IMG/VR virus record: IMGVR_UViG_3300028840_003635
Coordinates: 1-58,885 of that record
Source: a virus
Taxonomy: Duplodnaviria; Caudoviricetes
DNA: 58,885 bases
Reading direction: 5' to 3' (one strand)
Part shown: in pieces, positions 10,270-18,176 of the stretch
Layout of the letters: every line of letters begins with the position of its first letter
How positions within the stretch are numbered: position 1 is the stretch's first letter
Made by a program: the position numbers and the translations under genes
Notes under the pieces: generated by a model
What the model was told of the DNA's origin: nothing
The model's input: only the letters and a program-made list of their open reading frames with translations
Database searches by the model: none

Positions 10270-11496
10270 ATGACTAATAAACTTATATGTGGTGACAATC
10301 TTTCAATAACAGCAAACATGCCAAGCAATAGTGTTGATTTGATTTATATAGATCCTCCATTTTTTAGTAATCGAAATTATGAAATAGTATGGGGAGACGA
10401 AGCGGAAATAAGAAGTTTCGAGGATAGATGGGATGGTGGAATAAATGTCTATATAGACTGGTTGAAACATAGAATCTTTGAGCTGTATAGAATATTGAAA
10501 CCTTCCGGGACTTTTTACTTACATTGTGATTGGCATGCTTCTCACTATTTGAAAGTAATGTGCGATGATATATTTAGTTACAATAATTTTAGAAATGAAA
10601 TAATTTGGTGTTATAGAGGAGCTGGATATCCCAAAAATGATTTTGGGAAAAGGCATGATAATATACTGAGATATTCAAAAACAGATGTATATACATTTAA
10701 TGTTGATGAAGTAAGAGAAGAATATGCTGAAGCAACAAAAGAGAGATTTAAACATTATATAGGCAATATTAGGGACGGAAAAGATTTTGGCGAACAAAAG
10801 CTACACCCTCTTGGCAAAAGACCAGATGATTGGTGGCAAATTCAACCAATTGCACCTTCTGCAAGAGCAAGAACAGGTTATCCAACACAGAAACCAGAAG
10901 AATTATTAGATAGAATAATTAAATCCAGCAGTAACGAAGGAGATTTAGTGCTTGATTCTTTTTGCGGATGTGGAACTACGCTTGCATCGGCAAACAACTT
11001 TAAAAGAAAATGGATTGGAATTGATATATCCCCTTCTGCAATTACTTTAATTAAAAGCAGGTTGAGTAGGATTGGAGTTAAAGAAGAAGATTATCTTGTT
11101 ATTGGTATGCCAAAATCAATTGAAGAGCTGAAGAAATTTACTCATTTTGATTTTCAGTTTTGGGTGATAAATGAATTGCATGGCATGCCAAGCCCCAAAA
11201 AAACAGGCGACATGGGAATTGATGGATTTTCTTACATGAAACATTATCCAATGCAGGTAAAACAGCAAGAAAAAGTGGGGAGAGTAGAAATTGATAAATT
11301 AGAAACAGCTATTAGTCGTTATAACGAAAACAACGAACACAAGATAATGAAGGGATTTATTATAGCATTTAGCTTTGGTAAAGGTGCGAAAGAGGAAGTA
11401 ATAAAATCTCAAAAAAGAGGATTTAAAATAAAATTGGTCACAATTCAAGAAATTTTAGACAAAAATTTTACTGTCGATGATATGATTGCATTTTAA
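10270..11496 (+). CDS. Beta-class N6/N4 DNA methyltransferase fused to a C-terminal Mrr-like endonuclease domain
   Basis: DLIYIDPPF, YPTQKP and DSFCGCGTT motifs; C-terminal GDMGIDG...MQVKQ. Confidence 0.88.
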   Translation: MTNKLICGDNLSITANMPSNSVDLIYIDPPFFSNRNYEIVWGDEAEIRSFEDRWDGGINVYIDWLKHRIFELYRILKPSGTFYLHCDWHASHYLKVMCDDIFSYNNFRNEIIWCYRGAGYPKNDFGKRHDNILRYSKTDVYTFNVDEVREEYAEATKERFKHYIGNIRDGKDFGEQKLHPLGKRPDDWWQIQPIAPSARARTGYPTQKPEELLDRIIKSSSNEGDLVLDSFCGCGTTLASANNFKRKWIGIDISPSAITLIKSRLSRIGVKEEDYLVIGMPKSIEELKKFTHFDFQFWVINELHGMPSPKKTGDMGIDGFSYMKHYPMQVKQQEKVGRVEIDKLETAISRYNENNEHKIMKGFIIAFSFGKGAKEEVIKSQKRGFKIKLVTIQEILDKNFTVDDMIAF

Positions 11497-11529
11497 TAAA
11501 TTTAACACCCATAAGTAAAAAGATCCTCT

Positions 11530-11589
11530 ATTTCCCTCTACAAGAGCTAAAATAACCTGTTTTTTCTTTTCTGAAGAAAGGTTGTTCAT
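11530..11589 (-). pseudogene. Truncated IS1-family-like transposase (first ~20 codons only)
   Basis: RBS AAGGAG then ATG at 11589; MNNLSSEKKKQVILALVEGN resembles the HTH start of these transposases, and similarity stops after VEGN. Confidence 0.7.
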
Positions 11590-11606
11590 ATTGAGTCTCC
11601 TTGTAC

Positions 11607-11635
11607 TTGACAAAGAACTCAAAAAAACATATATT
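11607..11635 (+). promoter_or_regulatory. Sigma-70-type promoter directed antisense to the tRNA genes
   Basis: TTGACA (11607-11612), 17 bp, TATATT (11630-11635). Confidence 0.65.
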
Positions 11636-11726
11636 GTATATGTGAACGTTCCTTGATTCTTTGTCAAGGTATGTACGGGGTCTTCAGCTACTTGGCGGTT
11701 GCGAAGACTCCAAGTTAATAATGCGT

Positions 11727-11794
11727 TGGAGCAGGAGGGATTTGAACCCTCTACCATGCGTTTATAAGACGCTGGCAGAACCCATTCCTGCCCC
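11727..11794 (-). tRNA. Irregular tRNA: Ala-type acceptor (G3.U70, A73), anticodon UAU (Ile), reduced D-arm, no encoded CCA
   Basis: GGGGCAG GAATGGGTTCTGCCA GCGT-CTTATAA-ACGC ATGGTA GAGGG-TTCAAAT-CCCTC CTGCTCC A. Confidence 0.75.
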
Positions 11795-11813
11795 ATATGT
11801 TTATTAATGCGGA

Positions 11814-11898
11814 TGTGAGTGAGGGGACTCGAACCCCTAACAGCTTGAACTGTGATAAGTTGGGAACTTATTCCGCATACCAGTTCCGGCACACTCAC
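11814..11898 (-). tRNA. Class II (long variable arm, Leu/Ser-like) tRNA with anticodon CCC (Gly), no encoded CCA
   Basis: GTGAGTG TG CCG-GAACTGGTATG-CGG A ATAAG-TTCCCAA-CTTAT CACAGTTCAAGCTGTT AGGGG-TTCGAGT-CCCCT CACTCAC A. Confidence 0.85.
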
Positions 11899-11907
11899 AA
11901 AACTTTT

Positions 11908-11946
11908 AAGGTTCCAGCAGGTACGTAGTGTTGGAACCTTTTTTTT
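11908..11946 (+). terminator. Intrinsic terminator
   Basis: 12-bp stem AAGGTTCCAGCA/TGTTGGAACCTT followed by a T-run. Confidence 0.75.
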
Positions 11947-12102
11947 ATTAAAATGGCAATTCTTTTTCACGTACAGGCTCCTTTTTTGGGAAAAAATAAT
12001 TTGTTTGCTCTGAAATAATGATAAAATCATCTTAAACGGTACGGGGCTTAATTAGCTTAATAGTTTTTTGCATTTAGTTACACCTCGAAAGGAGGTGATA
12101 CT

Positions 12103-12309
12103 ATGGGCAGAAACGATTTTTCAATTTGGTTTCAATCCGCAGTATGCATAGGAACTGCCTTGACAGTTTTTACCTATGAATTTATTAACATGTCGAATCA
12201 CCAAGAGAAATATCATATAGAGCCGGTAATTAAAATGCAAATCACTCCGAACCATAGTTCTTTTTATGGTTTGAGCGAAGGCACTACACCCTCCAGTGTA
12301 ATACCTTAA
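12103..12309 (+). CDS. Small single-pass membrane protein (type I toxin-like architecture)
   Basis: Strong SD AAAGGAGGTGA in hairpin CACCTC/GAGGTG; hydrophobic FSIWFQSAVCIGTALTVFTYEFI; flanked by long-range inverted repeats. Confidence 0.6.
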   Translation: MGRNDFSIWFQSAVCIGTALTVFTYEFINMSNHQEKYHIEPVIKMQITPNHSSFYGLSEGTTPSSVIP

Positions 12310-12340
12310 CTGTTCTAAGCTAATAAGCCCCATTTTTATT

Positions 12341-12496
12341 TCAAATTAGGACACTACCCTTTTTTGAAGTATTTTTACTAGGTCTTGTCGCCAATTTGCA
12401 ATTTTTTCTAGCTTTCTGCAGGAGGTCATCTATCAATTTTTTACAGAGTTCTCTGTTTTCTTTGTCTTGGTATGTTTTTATCCAGTCTCCTGTCAT
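12341..12496 (-). CDS. Small phage ORF whose 3' end is replaced by the element's TIR
   Basis: MTGDWIKTYQDKENRELCKK...NTSKK; the reconstructed empty site ends SKKLT*, the current allele ends SKKGSVLI*. Confidence 0.5.
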   Translation of the reverse strand: MTGDWIKTYQDKENRELCKKLIDDLLQKARKNCKLATRPSKNTSKKGSVLI

Positions 12497-12566
12497 ATCA
12501 ATCCTTCTCCTTCACAGGTGTTAATAAAACATTTCATGTCCTTCACAGCATTAAAGAATACTTGAT

Positions 12567-12770
12567 TTACTCTCCAAAATCCAGAAACAATATAATCTGC
12601 TCTGCTTTATTGAAAATGTCTACAGCTTTTTGATTGTTCGAAGCCCTTGTGGATTTCATTAAATTGTCCGCAATGCCCCTTATCTCTCCTGCTATATCCT
12701 TAATATTGTCAAGATGTGTATCAAGGCAATCCATGTTATTTTTCACTCTTTCTAGAATCTTATTTCTCAT
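12567..12770 (-). CDS. Hypothetical protein
   Basis: RBS AAGGAG; coupled to the upstream gene. Confidence 0.7.
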   Translation of the reverse strand: MRNKILERVKNNMDCLDTHLDNIKDIAGEIRGIADNLMKSTRASNNQKAVDIFNKAEQIILFLDFGE

Positions 12771-12773
12771 GAT

Positions 12774-13271
12774 TTATTCTCCTTTATACACTTTCATTAA
12801 TTTTTTCTTGTCAGCACCTTCGATATACCTTGCAAAATAATAACACCACCCGGCATCCTTGCTGGTAATAACGATCTCCTGTAGCCTCTTGATGTCTGCA
12901 CCAGCGACATCTATTGCAAAACAATAACACCACCCGGCATCTTTGCTGGCAAGTACCACTTCCTGTAATCTCTCAATGTCTGCACCTTCGATATGCTTTG
13001 CAAAATAGCAACACTGCTCAGCATCCTTGCTGGTAAGTACTATCTCTTGTAACTCTTTAACTTCAGGATGGCTTATATCTAAGTCGTACTCTCCTATCGC
13101 CCATAGAACGTCTTCTATACCACAGATCTCATAAATTTGCATTAGCGAAATAGGGGTGGTCATTCCATATTTTTCGATCCCTCCAAGACCTTTTATGAGA
13201 TGTTTATATCTGCCCTTACACACTCCATGCTCTTTTAATGTCTCAAGACTAATTATTTCTGGATGTTCCAT
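12774..13271 (-). CDS. Helical repeat protein (three ~28-aa repeats)
   Basis: LQE(I/V)V(L/I)xSKDAxxCxxFAxx(I/V)xGAD repeated three times. Confidence 0.8.
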   Translation of the reverse strand: MEHPEIISLETLKEHGVCKGRYKHLIKGLGGIEKYGMTTPISLMQIYEICGIEDVLWAIGEYDLDISHPEVKELQEIVLTSKDAEQCCYFAKHIEGADIERLQEVVLASKDAGWCYCFAIDVAGADIKRLQEIVITSKDAGWCYYFARYIEGADKKKLMKVYKGE

Positions 13272-13274
13272 GAT

Positions 13275-13535
13275 TTACTCTCCTTTTATGATATCCAAAA
13301 ATCGTTCCAACTCTTCAACAATTTCTGGCATATCCTTATGTTCTCTAATTGCCTGAAGCAATTTTGGATTATTCTCCTTTAAGATCAAGAGTCTTTTGTT
13401 TAACTGAATATGGTAGTCTTGTTCTGTAAAAATCCTTCTCATCTCCTCTATAATGCCAATGCGATACATGGTAGTGCTAGCCAAATCTTTGTATATATCT
13501 TCGCACACATTTTTGGGAATTTTTAAAGTTGCCAT
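13275..13535 (-). CDS. Hypothetical protein
   Basis: RBS and translational coupling. Confidence 0.7.
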   Translation of the reverse strand: MATLKIPKNVCEDIYKDLASTTMYRIGIIEEMRRIFTEQDYHIQLNKRLLILKENNPKLLQAIREHKDMPEIVEELERFLDIIKGE

Positions 13536-13538
13536 GAT

Positions 13539-13997
13539 TTACTCCTTTCCTGATTCATGGTTGAAGTTGTCCTGTTTGTCAAGCGATCTTAAAATGTTTG
13601 GTTCCTTTGCAACCAAGATGCTGTTTACTTGAATATCTATCTTCTTTATTTTATTTTTCCAGAATTTATATTTTGTCAAAAGTTGTTTGTCATGTTTCAA
13701 TAAATCCATTGCTTTTGAATAGTGGTCCTTTAAATAAAGACTTTCAGGGTTCTCCTGAAAAAATATGCTTTTAAGAATGTCAATCAATACTGGTATAAAT
13801 ATTCGTTCGATCTTTCCACCACGAGAATTACTTGTTTTTTCAACGATGGTTATACTTTCATTGACAGACAAAAAATAAAGAAGTTCGTCTGGAACACTCC
13901 ACAAAAGTCTGCGATAATTCATTTGTTCTACATCCGTTGACCTGAAATATAACATCCTATTCCCAACGCACTGCCCTAAGTTATAATATGTTATCAC
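13539..13997 (-). CDS. Hypothetical protein
   Basis: ORF with RBS GGAGAAGG. Confidence 0.65.
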   Translation of the reverse strand: MITYYNLGQCVGNRMLYFRSTDVEQMNYRRLLWSVPDELLYFLSVNESITIVEKTSNSRGGKIERIFIPVLIDILKSIFFQENPESLYLKDHYSKAMDLLKHDKQLLTKYKFWKNKIKKIDIQVNSILVAKEPNILRSLDKQDNFNHESGKE

Positions 13998-14163
13998 TAT
14001 TCCTTCTCCTTTTTAATTTGCTCTCCCGACAACGGGGAGTTATCAGGAGAGCTAAACAACTTAAAGGGTTAAAAGGGCGTTAATCTTCAAAGACAAATCC
14101 TGCCGGAATATAATCACCTATCTGTTGACTTGCAAAACACACATTGTTTCATTTCAATCTCCT

Positions 14164-15342
14164 TTATTGTAATCTCATTGGCATAATACCAAAGTTTAAA
14201 CCTGATTTTTCATCCTTTATTGTTAGCATTGACTCGTGATCAATTCCATTTAAAAGGATAGTCTTATCTTTGCATTTCTGAAGCACCTGAAGCAAATATC
14301 CGAGATTGATACCGAAGTATAATTCATTCCCATTGGATTCAATCTCCATTTTAACAGTGCTTTCACCTTCATTTGGATTATTACTCATAAAAGACAGAGT
14401 ATTATCCTCAATTTGAAGTTTTGAACATTGGACTTTGTTTTCTGCTAACTTTTTAGCTTGTTTAGTCAATCGTACAAGGTCCTTTTTGTCAATCTCAATA
14501 TCTTTGTTGGACCTGTCAAACTCCCTGTATATAACATCTAAATTAGGGTATAATCCATATTCGAAACCTTCAAAACCGATATTTTCAATCTGGAACCAAT
14601 AACCTTTAGTTTTGCCATCTAATTTTTCATCTTCTCTTAGTATCCGGTCATAAATCTCAATTTCAAGGTCCTTTGTTTTATGTCCTGATATTCTTTTTAC
14701 CGAGTCTTTATCTATACAGATGTTAATATCATCATCCTGATAGATAAACTCAATACAATCGTTTTTAACAAAGGTAGCACGGTGACCATCACAGGATAAA
14801 AGATTATCCCTTGTAATATTCACCGTTTCCAGTGATTTTCTCGGTTCATTCTTTGCAGTAGTGTTTAACAGTGCAGAAGCCAATTTGCTAAACTTTACGC
14901 CGTCTATAATACCGATAATGTTTCCTATAACCGGATCCGGGACAAAATCCCATCGAAACCTTAATAAATCCCATGTTTGATTGATATTTAGGACGTGTCT
15001 ATTATCTCCGGGAATAGTTTCCAATTTCTGAATAGTCCTTCCGGTTATGTCATGTTGACTTCTTTCCCCTGTATCTGTAACAACAAATTTAGTTTCAGGT
15101 TTAAACTCTGCTGTCAAGGTTATATCCTCTTTTTCAGAGTTACAGTAATTGATAATATCCCTGATTGCTTGTTTGTCAACCGCACCTTCAAAGTCTCCTT
15201 CGATACAATCCGGTATTGTTTCAACCTGTCCGATTGCCAATTTGTTCCCTTTTGTCTTTATCGGTATGAGATTGTCATAATCTTTATACACCGATGTTAT
15301 AGCTTTTTTTAGTTCTGTTGCACTTTCAAACATTGCTAACAT
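14164..15342 (-). CDS. DNA polymerase III beta sliding clamp-like protein (divergent)
   Basis: SCDGHR (cf. ATDGHRL), YPN, GINLGYLL and C-terminal IMPMRL motifs typical of DnaN; 392 aa. Confidence 0.8.
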   Translation of the reverse strand: MLAMFESATELKKAITSVYKDYDNLIPIKTKGNKLAIGQVETIPDCIEGDFEGAVDKQAIRDIINYCNSEKEDITLTAEFKPETKFVVTDTGERSQHDITGRTIQKLETIPGDNRHVLNINQTWDLLRFRWDFVPDPVIGNIIGIIDGVKFSKLASALLNTTAKNEPRKSLETVNITRDNLLSCDGHRATFVKNDCIEFIYQDDDINICIDKDSVKRISGHKTKDLEIEIYDRILREDEKLDGKTKGYWFQIENIGFEGFEYGLYPNLDVIYREFDRSNKDIEIDKKDLVRLTKQAKKLAENKVQCSKLQIEDNTLSFMSNNPNEGESTVKMEIESNGNELYFGINLGYLLQVLQKCKDKTILLNGIDHESMLTIKDEKSGLNFGIMPMRLQ

Positions 15343-16344
15343 GATTTTCTCCCATATTCAATAAAAGGTTTCATGTTAGAAAAAAGGATATACCATTTAA
15401 AAACATATATTGACAACATAACAATATATCGTCCTTTTTTCGTTTTTCTCTTTGAATAAAACCAAACCTTATTGCAGCTAAAATTCATAATACACCCCTT
15501 TAAGCTATAGGTTTAAGTGCCAATTTGTTAATGTAAATTTCTTTTATAAAAATCAAGTGCTAAATTTAAAAAGTCCTCTTCTTTTTTGGTTAGTTCTTTG
15601 TATTCAGTTGTTTTTACAATACCCATTTCAAAAAAATCATTCCATATATCGCAAAATATAGCACCGCCTGAAATTGCTTTTTTAATATGAGATTGTAATT
15701 TCTTCGGAATATTCATTTATTAACTCCTCTCGATACCCATAAAGGGAATATTACAAACATTAAAAGTAAAATGATAAATGTTCCGATTGTATCTATCATA
15801 AATAAACCCTTTCGTTGTTATTGCTAATATTTGTTTCTGTCATTGTCAATTTCTGGTGTTATATTGATAAAAATCTCTTCACCCTTGCTATTATAATCAA
15901 TATCAAAGGAAAAAGATTGTCTTCCACGTATTCCACCGCAACAACAAGTGCTGATTCCGCATAACCGCTTTTTTGCTCTTTTTATTTGATTTTGATTGAT
16001 CGTGTTGTTCTTTGCATATACTGTTGTCTCGGTTTTATGAAAGTCATTTATTAGTGTTAGCTTCACAATAATCCCCTTTTAAGTTGTTATTGAATTATAA
16101 AAAAGATTCATCGGTTCCAAAATGATAACCATATAGCTTATTGACATGTTCAATAGTTATCATAACATAAGATTCCTTCCCTTTTATTGCAACAAGACAA
16201 AACTTCCCTTCTTTGTGAAAGTTTACAATTTCAGATATAAATATATTCCTTGTCGGATCATCCTTAACTAAAACTTCTTTTATATGTTCTACTGTTCTTA
16301 AATACATAATATATCCCCTTTAAGTCGGTATTGACTCCAATTTG

Positions 16345-16611
16345 TTAAACTCCAATTAAGTTGAAAAAGTTTATCCTTCTAACATCGTTAAAGGATATAA
16401 AATAAATCCTATACGATTCATTGCAATTTTGACAGGTATGGCAAGTTTTTCTGGAGGATAAAAATATATTCCCACAAACTTGACATTTAACGATAGATTT
16501 TACTCTGTTTTTCTTTGTTCCGAGTTTTCTCAAAATAGAATAAACTTTGTCTATATCCTCTTTTTCAAAAGGATTATTGCTATATCCTCTTATTTTTACA
16601 TCCTCGTTCAT
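16345..16611 (-). CDS. Zinc-ribbon hypothetical protein
   Basis: CQVC...CHTCQNC. Confidence 0.6.
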   Translation of the reverse strand: MNEDVKIRGYSNNPFEKEDIDKVYSILRKLGTKKNRVKSIVKCQVCGNIFLSSRKTCHTCQNCNESYRIYFISFNDVRRINFFNLIGV

Positions 16612-16853
16612 TTCTTATTTCTCCTTTTATCCCTTAATTGATCCCAAAAAAGAATCAATCTTAGTTTATATCTTTCACACATACCGTTCAATTTTTTGGG
16701 CGCCGAAAATCTAAAAAACCTGTTTGTTAGCCACCATATAGACATAAGTTTGTATCTCAAAGAAGGTTTATAATCGTCAAAAGGTCTGTTTATATTCCAG
16801 TTAGGATCTCTATAAGGATTAATTTTTGAAGAGTAATACCAGTTCACCTTCAT
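16608..16853 (-). CDS. Hypothetical protein flanked by 27-bp direct repeats
   Basis: ORF with RBS; repeats at 16607-16633 and 16849-16875. Confidence 0.6.
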   Translation of the reverse strand: MKVNWYYSSKINPYRDPNWNINRPFDDYKPSLRYKLMSIWWLTNRFFRFSAPKKLNGMCERYKLRLILFWDQLRDKRRNKK

Positions 16854-17146
16854 TTCTTATTTCTCCTTTTATCCCGTTTTTTTCTCAATTTGTGTTTTGA
16901 TTTTTTATTGTGTTTTAGTTTCATGGTTTAATCCTCCATCAGTTTATTAAAATCAATATCTCTGAATAAATAATCAAAGTGTTCTTTTAAGATTTGAACC
17001 TGTTTTTCTTTTGAGATATGTCTCCACATAATCTTAATTTCTGAACCTGTTTTTTTAAGATAAGATTCAACACTTCTTTTTATTTTTCTTTGTTCCATCT
17101 CCATCTTTGAAGCAATTATCATGATAAACTCCTTTAAATTGTTATC

Positions 17147-17455
17147 CTATTGAATATCAATAGATAGTTTGGTTTCTTCGCAAAATACGTTTTTCAGATC
17201 TTCACAAAATACATCTTTGAAATTAGATATTTCTGTTAATTCGAATTTTCTTATATTCCAATTTGAAAACCTGATATTGTAAAGGTCTTTATCATTTAAT
17301 GAAATTTCAACACAATTTATTTTGGTATGTCTATATCGTGGGAGTTTAAAAACTAATCCGTCATCAGTATAAAAAAGATCTTTGGCGCCCGTACAAACTA
17401 AAAACCTATTCCCGCCAATTTGTTCTAATATTGTTTTAGCAACCTGTAAAGACAT
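17147..17455 (-). CDS. Conserved phage hypothetical protein
   Basis: VAKTILEQIGGNRFLVCTGAK start, which I recognise as common in phage early regions. Confidence 0.7.
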   Translation of the reverse strand: MSLQVAKTILEQIGGNRFLVCTGAKDLFYTDDGLVFKLPRYRHTKINCVEISLNDKDLYNIRFSNWNIRKFELTEISNFKDVFCEDLKNVFCEETKLSIDIQ

Positions 17456-17841
17456 TTCTTTTAACTCCTTTAATCGGCTTAATTGCCAATTTGTGATTAT
17501 TATACAAAGGTTTCCATGAATTGAATTATTCGTGTATTCTTTTTTGAACGTTATTAAAATTAAAACCCATAACCCATAATGGTTTTCTGTCCATATAATT
17601 TCTCGATATGTTCAAAAATTCATAACTTGTAAGGTTTTCTTTTTTACCTATCATAACAGAAAAAGAAATAGATTTTCTTTTACCATGATTCAAAACACAT
17701 CCTATCTGAAAACCCATTTTAGAAATGAATCTCGGTAAAAATCCAAACCATTTAGTTACTTGTTTTTTGTTTTCTGGTAAGTCTACAACCATTTTGTGAT
17801 AATACATTATACTTTCCCTTTTAAGTTGTTTGAATGAATAT

Positions 17842-18129
17842 TTATTTGCTATAATCAAGACAGCAAAATATTTTTCTAAACTCCTCTTCAATGTCATAAA
17901 ATACTGTTTGACCAGTAGATTGCATATAATCTGCACTTTCTTTTAATTGTTTTAGAAATGAGACTAAAGTGTATTCTGATAACGTCCATTCTTTAGATTC
18001 AATTTTATTGATAGCATTATCAATAATCTTAAACCAATATTCACCCGTTCCCTTTGTAATCGCTTTACCTTGATCACAAAATGCTTTTGTCTCTTTTACT
18101 TTTGGAATCGGTAATCTTAAAGTGTTCAT
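17842..18129 (-). CDS. Hypothetical protein, first gene of the leftward block
   Basis: RBS AAAGGGA before ATG at 18129. Confidence 0.6.
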   Translation of the reverse strand: MNTLRLPIPKVKETKAFCDQGKAITKGTGEYWFKIIDNAINKIESKEWTLSEYTLVSFLKQLKESADYMQSTGQTVFYDIEEEFRKIFCCLDYSK

Positions 18130-18176
18130 AATATATCCCTTTAGTTGTTTATCATACATAGTTATCTTTATATAAT

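Larger units (their letters stand above)
11642..11946 (+). ncRNA. Predicted ~300-nt antisense RNA covering both tRNAs
   Basis: Bounded by a consensus promoter and an intrinsic terminator; internal hairpin GGGGTCTTC/GAAGACTCC has its G.U pair on the + strand; no + strand ORF in the track. Confidence 0.45.
10219..12358 (-). mobile_element. Non-autonomous IS1-family-like cargo transposon
   Basis: Perfect 18-bp TIRs GGTAGTGTCCTAATTTGA (10219-10236 and 12341-12358); 8-bp TSD CTTTTTTG (10211-10218 and 12359-12366); transposase N-terminal remnant inside. Confidence 0.9.

Noticed and set aside
11727-11898. tRNA sequences as attP remnants or a tmRNA gene
   Set aside because: Both have complete 5' and 3' acceptor strands, no integrase is present, and there is no room for a tmRNA tag-coding region.
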